A DNA stretch of 64,000 nucleotides from an uncultured bacterium. GTDB lineage: Bacteria; JAGOEH01. Below, piece by piece: positions 1 to 8,718 of the stretch (the first letter of the stretch is position 1; the number at the start of each line of letters is the position of its first letter). The position numbers were made by a program, and so were the translations under genes. The notes beneath the pieces were generated by a model. That model searched no databases. It saw only the letters and a list, made by a program, of their open reading frames with translations, and had not been told where the DNA came from. The stretch covers positions 1 to 64,000 of the forward strand of contig CAZWDO010000006.1 of the NCBI GenBank assembly GCA_964632485.1, in the 5' to 3' direction.

Positions 1-1260
1 CAGTCGGTTGATCGCTTCCTCCACTTCAACCGAATTGAAGCTAAGCTGACCTTGCCGGAACAACAGGCTCCGAAAAAAACTGAAATACAAATTGCCAATG
101 GCATAATTGGGCACCTGAAAATAGACCAATCCCAGCTTCCGGTCGACAACCGTCACGAATCCCAGGTAGAACAGCATCGATTTGTAGTCTTCCAGCGTCC
201 GCCCAACTTCGAGATTGAATTCGCGGGTCAGTTGGATCGGCAAGGGATCGCCGCCAAGCAAGCGCTCCAGTATCTCGCGCCGTTCCCCCGTTGGCTCGAG
301 AATCAGTTCCAGCTTCTTGTGATCCGAGGCGATATTGATGTCCAATACCTCTGCCGGGGCTTTCTGTCCATCCCGGTATTCACTGAGGAAGTAAAGAACC
401 ATGTCGCTGTTATAGACCCTCGTGGACGCGTCGGGGGAGAAGCGATAGCCGTTGTAGTAGTCGCGCATCTCCTGAATATCGATGGGAAAATCCAGATCAT
501 CGATCAGGTATTGCACCTCGGCTTCGGTGAAACCCTGCATCTCGTTGAAATCTCGGCGCAGAGTCAGCGATTTGGCGATATTGAAGCCACTGGTGAGGCT
601 GTCGAGGGTGACGGGCGAGACGCCGGTGATGAAGATGCGTTCCACAATATCGCCCGCCGCTTCCTTGATCACTTCGTAGAACTTGCGCACGAATCCGTTT
701 TTGGCCACCACGTTCCGGAACAGCTCGTAGTTGAAGCTGAAGAGTTCATTGGCGAAATGGTCGTATTCGTCGATCAGGAGATAAATGGGCTGCGATTGTT
801 TCAAGCTCCGCCACCAGGTGAAGAATTCGCGCAGAATAGTGGCTGGCTCGGAAAGCGATGGCAGATCGTAAAGTGACAATTGGTAATTGGTGGCAAAATT
901 TTTCAGATTCAGAATCACTGATGCGCGAAAATCGTCGAGGAGAACCTTTTCATCCCGGGTCTGTATGCCGCTGAAATTGAATTTTAGGATATAATAGCTG
1001 TTGTGCAGGGGAGTGGGGTGGCGGCCGATATAGAGGTCGCCGAAGAGCCGCTCGAAATCATCTTTGCGCCGTACGTCGTAATATGTGGCCAGGGTGTCGA
1101 TCCACAGGGATTTGCCGAACTTGCGCGGGCGCAGGAAGGTCAGATAAGACTCTCCGAGACTTTCCAGTTTTTCGATAAAAGAGGTTTTATCAATGTAATA
1201 GTAACTTTGTTGGCGGATCCGGGTGAAGGATTGCAACCCGTAGGGAATGCGTTTGGACAT
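1..1260 (-). CDS. AAA-ATPase-like domain protein (family usually carrying a C-terminal PD-(D/E)XK domain); 3' end outside window
   Basis: Absent from the ORF track because it has no stop in the window. Manual translation from ATG at 1260 gives MSKRIPYGLQSFTRIRQQSYYYIDKTSFIEKLE...FLRPRKFGKSLW and later IDEYDHF, which are the family's IPYG/YIDKT/RPRxFGKS and Walker B motifs. Confidence 0.9.
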   Translation of the reverse strand, partial: MSKRIPYGLQSFTRIRQQSYYYIDKTSFIEKLESLGESYLTFLRPRKFGKSLWIDTLATYYDVRRKDDFERLFGDLYIGRHPTPLHNSYYILKFNFSGIQTRDEKVLLDDFRASVILNLKNFATNYQLSLYDLPSLSEPATILREFFTWWRSLKQSQPIYLLIDEYDHFANELFSFNYELFRNVVAKNGFVRKFYEVIKEAAGDIVERIFITGVSPVTLDSLTSGFNIAKSLTLRRDFNEMQGFTEAEVQYLIDDLDFPIDIQEMRDYYNGYRFSPDASTRVYNSDMVLYFLSEYRDGQKAPAEVLDINIASDHKKLELILEPTGERREILERLLGGDPLPIQLTREFNLEVGRTLEDYKSMLFYLGFVTVVDRKLGLVYFQVPNYAIGNLYFSFFRSLLFRQGQLSFNSVEVEEAINRL

Positions 1261-1380
1261 GGCTTTGCTCCCGGTGAAAGGTTTAGACTTCCAGTTCCAA
1301 TATAACGCCTTCAGCCGGAAAAGACAAGCGGAATTTTTGATTTTTTCTATTATCGCAGCGCGATTTCCGCCCATCCCCTC

Positions 1381-1606
1381 CGTCATTCCGGACTTGATCC
1401 GACATCCAGCCTTTCTTCCGTCATGCCGGACTTGATCCGGCATCCAGCCTTTCTTCCGTCATGCCGGACTTGATCCGGTATCCAGCCTTTCTTCCGTCAT
1501 GCCGGACTTGATCCGGTATCCATGGGTAAAAGAAAGACTGGATTCCGGGTCCGACCTGTCTGCCGACAGGCAGGGCCGGACTGGCGTTCAAGCCCGGCAT
1601 GACGGA
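1381..1606. repeat. REP-like palindromic element: 38-bp unit repeated 3 times plus a partial fourth copy, closed by an inverted arm that contains a nested second palindrome
   Basis: CGTCATKCCGGACTTGATCCGRYATCCAGCCTTTCTTC starts at 1381, 1419, 1457 and 1495. The inverted arm TCAAGCCCGGCATGACGG ends at about 1605. CCTGTCTGCCGACAGGCAGG is nested at about 1555-1574. Confidence 0.9.
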
Positions 1607-1681
1607 GAAGAGAGCCCGCGATCCCTTCCCCTCCTTTACTCTTAACCTTGTATGGGAATTGATCTATTCTGTCAGTATCGG

Positions 1682-2398
1682 CTATTTTAGCGAGCGGGAA
1701 ATTAAGTTCATGATCAATTGCGCCCGCTGGGCGCCTTTTCTGACCTGGATCATCGTTTTTGACGGCAAATAGTACTCCTCCCAGCGCCGGTAATCATCAT
1801 AGCTGATTTTGATGGTCTGCGCTTTTTGCGCGATGATGATTGAATCGATCTGTTGGAAGTTCTTATGCATATAGTAAGTAATGGCGCTAACTGAATCGTC
1901 GGCCGGAATTGCTATGACTGTTTTTTTGGGAAGTTTCATTGTCTTGAGCGGCGCCAACACGATGGGGAACTGGGCGAATAGCTGATTCAAAAGCGAGTAG
2001 GTCATGGGCAGCGGAATCCCCGGGATCAGACTCTGGCTTTGATTGTAGTCGATCAGAAATGAATCGCGTTTGGGAAGGAATTGTCGAATTCCGATCCGTG
2101 AAGAATCCGCCATCATTTCCATGACTTTTATTCCTAAACCGGCATCAATTTGGATATGGGTCTGCCGAGCTCCGATAGTCGCGCGACAATTAAGCTGCCG
2201 AAACTGATCGGGATCACTGTAAACCAGTCGGCTTTCAATTTCTATTCCTGAATTTGGGCGCGGGGCATAATAATGAAAATAGGTTTGAGGTGAATCATAT
2301 ATTTCCAAGGTGGGCTTGATCCACGATGCGCAATTTACCATGGAAAATAGTGTTAAAATAATGATCCGTTTATGGATTCCAGAGATTTTCAGTTTCAT
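1682..2398 (-). CDS. Predicted lipoprotein, DUF4292/LolA-LolB-like
   Basis: Lipobox-like MVNC; C-terminal ISYDDY...YYLPSK pattern; lies downstream of lptD. Confidence 0.55.
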   Translation of the reverse strand: MKLKISGIHKRIIILTLFSMVNCASWIKPTLEIYDSPQTYFHYYAPRPNSGIEIESRLVYSDPDQFRQLNCRATIGARQTHIQIDAGLGIKVMEMMADSSRIGIRQFLPKRDSFLIDYNQSQSLIPGIPLPMTYSLLNQLFAQFPIVLAPLKTMKLPKKTVIAIPADDSVSAITYYMHKNFQQIDSIIIAQKAQTIKISYDDYRRWEEYYLPSKTMIQVRKGAQRAQLIMNLISRSLK

Positions 2399-2560
2399 GG
2401 GAAAGGGTCCTTTTTATAGTGAATGGTTTAAAATTAAGCCGGTCCAAAAATACTCTTCTAAATATATTCTCTAACTGTTTAATCTGATGCCGGTTAGCGT
2501 GAAATCTTGTTTTCCGCGCGCTTTCGGCATTGTTTGAGTTCCGGAATCCGGGCGCTGATC

Positions 2561-4981
2561 TCACATCAATCGCTGGAACTGCTCCAGCTTGATGTCCGGT
2601 AACTGTTTGATATTAATTATCCAATAGAATTGGCGGTAATTGGCTTCTTTGCGATACGTGAACATAAATTCCCAGCAATGTAAATCCTGGTTCAACACAA
2701 AACTATAGGCGAGCAATTCTTTTCGTTCGATATCATATCGGGCGTTGAAACGCCCTTTCCATCGATGAGTGATGACCCAGTCCATTCCGATATCCAGAAA
2801 CTGGTAGCGCTGGGTGACGGGGATTCCGGCAGTATAGGCGCGGTTGATTGTTAATGAATGGCGCAGGGTAACTGAACATCCGGGCTGGTATTCTCCCTGC
2901 CAACCGGATTTGAAAAAACCTTCGCTATTTGCCTGTCCCGATGATTGTGCGGATGAATCGCTGTTAGAGGAACGTTCCTGCCCGCTTCTGCGTTGCGGCC
3001 AGGGGATCGGAATATAAAAAATTCCCAATTGCAAGGTGGAAAGATTGAGTTTTAAATGATCGTCAATATTGAGGCGTAGTGAATTAAGTTGGTTGAAGGG
3101 GTTGGTTACTTGCCAACTCGTATCCCCGGCGGCATAAAAATTATGGACGCTATTGATGGTAATATTGAGATTGCTTAAGGGTTGCATTCGGAATGAAGTT
3201 TGCAAATCGGACCATTTTTTTTGGACGCTTTTCACATCATAGGCTGTATAAAAATTCAAATAAAATAAATCGATTTTTTTGTCGGTTTCTCCGTTGGCCA
3301 GTTTAGCCTGAAAGAGGTTATCGATTTTAAATGTCAATTTTTGGTTGGAATTGGGATTCGGAAAATAACTAATGGTGGAAAAACCCTCAAATTTTCGGTC
3401 GTGGGTATCGGCTGGGGAGTAGGTGATGCCAATGGCAGGATCAATTTTGTGGCGGATCACTTTGATTCCGAATATTTGGGGAGCAAAAACGCCATATAGC
3501 GTATTGCCCAGAGTCGCGCTATAGTCCCAATCCATTTTCCGTACCGCTTTTTCTATCGTACTGTCAGGCCGGATTGCTTCATCGAACCATAGTTCTTTTA
3601 CTGAGACTGTTTGACTGAGGCGTAACCAGGTTTTAATTTTGTCAGTGCGGTTAATATTGAAAGAATGGGTGGCGCCGGCGCGATGTCGGCGGGTGGAATC
3701 GGCTTTATGATAATAATATAGCGCTTCACTCCGGTATCCCAGATAGGTGTTGTACCATTGAAAACTGTTCAAATTGAAACTGACTCGTGGCAAATGCTGA
3801 ATAATCACGCGGGTATCAAGGTTTTCATTGCGATTGATATTGATACTCATATTTCCAAAACCGAATCGATGGGAAAAAAGCATACTGGAATTTAATTGCC
3901 GGTTAAGCCGTTCCTCCAGGTTATCGCTGGTTTGCTGGTAGAAAGTCTGATTACTCAGAAAATTGCCGGTGGCGTTCAGCCGGGTTGTCGGGTTTATTTC
4001 CTGCTGGTGCTGAAATCGTAATTGCCATTCTTTGCCTTCCGGACGATACCACCAGGATGCATCGATATTGCCATTAAGCCGATAGCGCAAATTATAGCGG
4101 AACTCATTGCGCAATAAAATATTACGGGTGTTATAAAAGTTGATTCGCGTGAGGTTGTCGCTGTAATCGTTGATGGCCCAGTAATAACCGGTTTCTTTAA
4201 TAACGTAAATATCCTGGCCTGCAATTGTTTCCTTGCCGATTTTCGGCATTAGTACTCCGGAATGGCGGTCGCGGCGGATTGGAAACATCATCAGAGGAAA
4301 ATAGAAAATTGGAAATGGGGGAGTGTAGAAATATCCGCTTGAATCCTGGAAAGACAAACCGGTTTGAATCGGCAGATAACACCAGGGAACCCGGTTAAAA
4401 TAAAAGAGGATATTCCGGGCCAGCACTTTGTCGTTGGGGAGCACCTTAATTTCAGCGATGCGAAAGTGGTAGTGGCGTTTTTCAGGGCTCAAATCGCAGG
4501 TTGTGTAGTCGGATTGTGTGAGATAGATTTCCTTTTTACCGATGGATTGGATGGTTTGCCCGGTATAGAATCCGTTTTCAAATTTTGATCGCCCGTACTG
4601 GATTTTTCCGCGTTTTTCCCGAAGCAGATAAGTGATTGCGGATCCATAGATGGTTTCATTGCTCTGTTTTAATATGGGCCGGGAAATTGTATCGGCTAAG
4701 GTGGAGTCCCAAATTCCATGGGCATAAAGGATTTGCGAATCGACTTCGATCCGGATGTACCCGGCATTGAGGGTGAGGTCCCGATAGCTAATTTCAGCAT
4801 CGCCGTATAATTCAAGGATTCTGAGGGGAAGTTGCTGATAAACTAAGGAGTCTTTGGCCTGGTAATAAATCGTGTCATTTTCAACCAGGAGGAAACCCAA
4901 GTCTGCCGGGACGGGTTTTCCCAGCAGACAAAGGCAAACTATTATCAGTCCAAAATAATGAGAAAATTTCAGGTCCCTCAT
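2561..4981 (-). CDS. lptD: LPS assembly protein LptD (FCB type)
   Basis: Signal peptide; OstA-like N-terminus (LYGDAEISYRDLTLNAGYI); YTTCD; RHSGVLMP; GYYWAINDY; C-terminal DLHCWE. Confidence 0.9.
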   Translation of the reverse strand: MRDLKFSHYFGLIIVCLCLLGKPVPADLGFLLVENDTIYYQAKDSLVYQQLPLRILELYGDAEISYRDLTLNAGYIRIEVDSQILYAHGIWDSTLADTISRPILKQSNETIYGSAITYLLREKRGKIQYGRSKFENGFYTGQTIQSIGKKEIYLTQSDYTTCDLSPEKRHYHFRIAEIKVLPNDKVLARNILFYFNRVPWCYLPIQTGLSFQDSSGYFYTPPFPIFYFPLMMFPIRRDRHSGVLMPKIGKETIAGQDIYVIKETGYYWAINDYSDNLTRINFYNTRNILLRNEFRYNLRYRLNGNIDASWWYRPEGKEWQLRFQHQQEINPTTRLNATGNFLSNQTFYQQTSDNLEERLNRQLNSSMLFSHRFGFGNMSININRNENLDTRVIIQHLPRVSFNLNSFQWYNTYLGYRSEALYYYHKADSTRRHRAGATHSFNINRTDKIKTWLRLSQTVSVKELWFDEAIRPDSTIEKAVRKMDWDYSATLGNTLYGVFAPQIFGIKVIRHKIDPAIGITYSPADTHDRKFEGFSTISYFPNPNSNQKLTFKIDNLFQAKLANGETDKKIDLFYLNFYTAYDVKSVQKKWSDLQTSFRMQPLSNLNITINSVHNFYAAGDTSWQVTNPFNQLNSLRLNIDDHLKLNLSTLQLGIFYIPIPWPQRRSGQERSSNSDSSAQSSGQANSEGFFKSGWQGEYQPGCSVTLRHSLTINRAYTAGIPVTQRYQFLDIGMDWVITHRWKGRFNARYDIERKELLAYSFVLNQDLHCWEFMFTYRKEANYRQFYWIINIKQLPDIKLEQFQRLM

Positions 4982-4987
4982 GGACGT

Positions 4988-5974
4988 TTACAGGAAATCG
5001 CGTCGTAATTCTTCAGCGCTACGGGCGGAAAGATAGGCAAACGGGATATCAAACATAGTTTTAGCGCCGAAGTTTTTTTCATGCGCCATGCGAACGGCTG
5101 CCCGCGCGCAGGCAATCAACACGCTTGATGTAAATTCGGGATTGGAATCCAAGCGGAGTTTGAATTCGATGAGTTCCTTGTGTTCCGGACTGGTACGTCC
5201 GCTGCGCAAGACGAATCCTCCGTGGGGTAGCCCGTGATGTTTATTCCGGAGTTCTTCTTCGGACACAAAATTCACTTTGGTTTCATAATCGGCGAAATAG
5301 TTGGGCATGGTGACGATCGCCGTTCGTATCTGATTGAGATCAGCGCCGGGTTCAGCCACCACATAGCAATCGCGTAAATGTTTGTCGCGGGTGCTCAGTT
5401 CCGTATTGACGCCGGAACGAACCAAATCGACGGCATGTTCGATAGGCACGGTATATTGACGGGCATCCATCACGCCCGGAATGCGCCGGATGGCATCGGA
5501 ATGGCCCTGGCTGACTCCAGGTCCCCAAAAGGTATAGTTTTTACCATCTGGTATGACGGCATCGCCCAATACGCGAATCAGGGAAAAAAGTCCTGGGTCC
5601 CAACCGGCGGAAATAACGGCCGTCGTTTTTGCGGCTTGAGCGGCGTGTTCGACTGCCGCAAAATATTCCGGAATTTTCGCATGGGTGTCAAAACTGTCGA
5701 CAATATTGAATTTTGCCGCCAGTTGCGGGCCCTGTTCCGGCAAGTCCGTGGCGGAACCCCCGCATAGGATCATGACATCCAATTTCCCGACATAGTGATC
5801 GACATCCTCCATGCGCTTGAATACGGCATTGGATTGCGATGTCTTCATGGTTGATGGATCGCGGCGGGTAAATATCACCTTCAATTCCATATCATTGTTC
5901 AAACCAATCGATCGTTCGGCTCCTTTGCCCAGATTTCCATAACCGGCAATTCCGATCTGAAGCTTCTCTGCCAT
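4988..5974 (-). CDS. ddh: meso-diaminopimelate dehydrogenase
   Basis: GYGNLG, CGGSATDLP, VDSFDTH, GWDPGLFS, FWGPGVSQGHSDA, HGGFV and SNPEFT motifs. Confidence 0.97.
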   Translation of the reverse strand: MAEKLQIGIAGYGNLGKGAERSIGLNNDMELKVIFTRRDPSTMKTSQSNAVFKRMEDVDHYVGKLDVMILCGGSATDLPEQGPQLAAKFNIVDSFDTHAKIPEYFAAVEHAAQAAKTTAVISAGWDPGLFSLIRVLGDAVIPDGKNYTFWGPGVSQGHSDAIRRIPGVMDARQYTVPIEHAVDLVRSGVNTELSTRDKHLRDCYVVAEPGADLNQIRTAIVTMPNYFADYETKVNFVSEEELRNKHHGLPHGGFVLRSGRTSPEHKELIEFKLRLDSNPEFTSSVLIACARAAVRMAHEKNFGAKTMFDIPFAYLSARSAEELRRDFL

Positions 5975-6225
5975 TCCGAATTTCTCCTGTTGGGGGTTAG
6001 TAAGTTAATTCCAAAACAAAATTTTTTAATTCCGTTACATCATCTGTCATTTATAATCAATTGTTCTGATTCAAAACATAAATTTTGATGTTTTAGTTTC
6101 ATCGTGGGCTGTTTGTCGGATTAACAGGAACATCACACCCTAATATACGCAAAAAGACAAAAAAGTCAAAACCTTTTTTTAAAATTTTGCTTGACTTTCC
6201 GATAAAAAAATTACATATAGGGACC

Positions 6226-7155
6226 ATGGCAAAAAACTGGATACCTGTTTCATTATGGAATCATTTACATACTTTATATTCGCCGGGGATGGCGGAAAAG
6301 ATTATTCGCATTTGGGAAAAAAAACGATCGACTACGTTCCGCGTCAATTTATTGAAAGCGGATATTGATAGCGTTGGCGCCCAATTGCGGCAACGTTCCC
6401 TGAAATGTCAGCCCGCGGATTGGTTACACGAGGCGTTTATCCTGCAAAATGGAACTGAAGGCGATCTGGAAAAACTGGATTGCTATAAACAGGGGCAAAT
6501 ATACGTGCAAAGTCTGAGTAGCATGATTCCCCCTTTAGTGTTGGCGCCTCAACCCGGCGAATCGGTTTTAGATATAGCGGCGGCTCCCGGGAGTAAAACT
6601 ACCCAGATAGGAGTGATGATGAATAATCAGGGAACGATATTAGCTAATGAAATCCACCCCTTGCGGCTGGAAAAACTTAAGTATAATTTACAAATGCAAG
6701 GGGTTATGATAGCCGAAGTCCGTTTAGGCGCGGGCGAGCAACTTGGACGGCTATTTCCGCAAAAGTTTGACGCTGTCTTGCTGGATGCCCCGTGCAGCGG
6801 CGAGGGGCGAATTCAAAAGAATGACGCCTCATCCTGGCGCGGCTGGTCGCCGCAATTGGTGCAGCAATCCGTAAAAACTCAGAAAAAGCTTTTGATTAGC
6901 GCTTATGCCGCTTTGCGACCGGGAGGGCGTATGGTCTATTCCACCTGCACTCTCAACCGTGAGGAAAATGAGGGGGTACTGGATGAATTTGTCCGCTCTC
7001 ATCCATGCGATGTACTGCCCATTCCCCTGGCGCTTCAACCCCGTTACCGTCCGTTGCTTGATGGAGTCTCGTCAAAATTGCAACATGCCCTGCGGATTCT
7101 TCCATCGGAAACCATGGAGGGGTTTTTTGTCTGTTTATTACAAAAAACTGAATGA
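6226..7155 (+). CDS. RsmB/RsmF/NOP family RNA m5C methyltransferase
   Basis: QSLSSMIPP, LDIAAAPGSKTTQ, LLDAPCSGEG, YSTCT and ENE motifs. ATG at 6226 is preferred over TTG at 6187. Confidence 0.93.
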   Translation: MAKNWIPVSLWNHLHTLYSPGMAEKIIRIWEKKRSTTFRVNLLKADIDSVGAQLRQRSLKCQPADWLHEAFILQNGTEGDLEKLDCYKQGQIYVQSLSSMIPPLVLAPQPGESVLDIAAAPGSKTTQIGVMMNNQGTILANEIHPLRLEKLKYNLQMQGVMIAEVRLGAGEQLGRLFPQKFDAVLLDAPCSGEGRIQKNDASSWRGWSPQLVQQSVKTQKKLLISAYAALRPGGRMVYSTCTLNREENEGVLDEFVRSHPCDVLPIPLALQPRYRPLLDGVSSKLQHALRILPSETMEGFFVCLLQKTE

Positions 7156-7205
7156 TTTTTAACTGGGTTGCCTTCGTGCCACGATAAATTATTTTGATTC
7201 TTCTT

Positions 7206-7237
7206 AAAGAAAAGACCGAAGGTGAGGGCCTTCGGTC
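7206..7237 (-). terminator. Intrinsic terminator of the GGDEF gene
   Basis: 9-bp perfect stem GACCGAAGG/CCTTCGGTC followed on the minus strand by TTTTCTTT, directly at the stop codon. Confidence 0.8.
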
Positions 7238-8312
7238 ATTGGAGAGATGTATGGGAATGAGGGCTTAAATGAGTCTCTTCGGAGACCACCTGGTCGCGGC
7301 CATTTTCCTTAGCCATATACAAAAATTGATCGGCTCGCTGGATGAGAGTTGCTAATTCATCATCGCTGGAGACCTCTGTCAGTCCGATACTGATGGTAAT
7401 ATGAATCAGTTGGTCTTTATAGGATAAAATCCGGTTTCCGATTTTATGTCTGAGCCGTTCTGCGCTTTTGCAGGCTTGCTTCAGCGCTGTTTCCGGCATT
7501 AATGCCACAAATTCTTCTCCGCCATAGCGGCCGATGATGTCGGCTTCCCGCAATGTGTTGCGCATCATTTGGGATAATTCTTGCAACACAAAATCACCCG
7601 TGGGATGCCCATACCGATCATTGATCTGTTTGAAATGATCAATGTCGATCATCATCAGGACCATGGGTTTTTGATAGCGATGCGCTTTTTTCAGTTCTTG
7701 TTCGCCGGTTGTCATGAAATAACGGCGGTTATATAACCCAGTCAGGCTGTCCTGATACGCTAACTGGGTCGTTCTTTCGTGTTCCAGTATCGATTCGATG
7801 CGAATGGCGCTGTATTCTGCAAAAACGCTGATTTCCGTAATCATTTCCGATTCTAATTGCTGGTAAGGCGAACCCAGAATATTGACGCAGCCAATACGTT
7901 CTTTTCCGTATTGCAAGGGGATGTAAATAACCTGAATTAAATTATGCGGCTGCTGTTCATAATCAAAAAAAGTGATTTGCTGGAACCGTTGGAAAAAATT
8001 CCAGAATTTCTCATGGGAAAGCTCTTTTTCAATTTTTACAAATTGGCGATAGGTGTCAAGCACTTTTTCCTTATGATAAAATGTCTGATCGGGCAATCCG
8101 TTGAGTTTGATGATTCCCATGGTTCCCTGCAGCAGACTCAGCAGCTTTTCGACCACATACTTGCTGATTGTTTCCCGCTTATCAATAATAGCCATGTTTT
8201 TCATTTCATTCAGCATGATGATGAGTTGTTCAGGCGCCATCCGGTTCAATGATTCACAATTGGGCAGAAGTGGGTAGGTGGTGTTGCGTCTGAATGTCTG
8301 GTTTTCTTTCAT
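7236..8312 (-). CDS. Diguanylate cyclase (GAF-like + GGDEF)
   Basis: DSLTGLYNRR, DIDHFKQIND, READ I-site and RYGGEEF. ATG at 8312 follows AAAGGA. Confidence 0.93.
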   Translation of the reverse strand: MKENQTFRRNTTYPLLPNCESLNRMAPEQLIIMLNEMKNMAIIDKRETISKYVVEKLLSLLQGTMGIIKLNGLPDQTFYHKEKVLDTYRQFVKIEKELSHEKFWNFFQRFQQITFFDYEQQPHNLIQVIYIPLQYGKERIGCVNILGSPYQQLESEMITEISVFAEYSAIRIESILEHERTTQLAYQDSLTGLYNRRYFMTTGEQELKKAHRYQKPMVLMMIDIDHFKQINDRYGHPTGDFVLQELSQMMRNTLREADIIGRYGGEEFVALMPETALKQACKSAERLRHKIGNRILSYKDQLIHITISIGLTEVSSDDELATLIQRADQFLYMAKENGRDQVVSEETHLSPHSHTSLQ

Positions 8313-8342
8313 AGGTGTTCCTTTCATCATAATAAATATTAC

Positions 8343-8358
8343 TGCACATTATGTGCCA
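8343..8358 (-). promoter_or_regulatory. Putative sigma-54 (-24/-12) promoter of the GGDEF gene
   Basis: The minus strand reads TGGCACATAATGTGCA, with correct GG-N10-GC spacing, about 30 nt upstream of the start codon. Confidence 0.6.
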
Positions 8359-8718
8359 ACTTCTCTTGAATCCCTGAAGTATTTAAAAATGGGGGCGGGT
8401 TTTTTGCCTGATCCGGCGCTGGTAATCAGGATATCTCTCTAAACTATTTACAATCTGGACCGATGCCCTGAAAAGAATTACTGATTTGAGGCTGACAGCA
8501 TGTTTTAGATAGATGACTGTTTTTTTCGACTCTAAATAACCGGGATGACCGGTGACTGTGAGGATTGTTTGTCAATGAAAGCCGGTAAACACTTATTATA
8601 AATGCGATGTGGAAAAAAGTACCGAATTGCATAGGAAAAATATGCTATGGTTTTACTTTATTGTTGACAATTGATGGTTTTAATTGTATTATATAACAAA
8701 TCCCTGAAGGAGTCAGAT

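Noticed and set aside
52-1305. Plus-strand ORFs 52-876 and 1003-1305
   Set aside because: Antisense shadows of the minus-strand AAA-ATPase gene.
1381-1521. CRISPR array
   Set aside because: The 38-bp units abut directly with no unique spacers, and no cas genes are present.
2370-2564. 64-aa ORF between lptD and the lipoprotein gene
   Set aside because: It overlaps both neighbours but has no recognisable features; cannot be supported as a gene.
5975-6140. Lysine riboswitch upstream of ddh
   Set aside because: No AGAGG-type core or the expected multi-stem architecture was recognisable.
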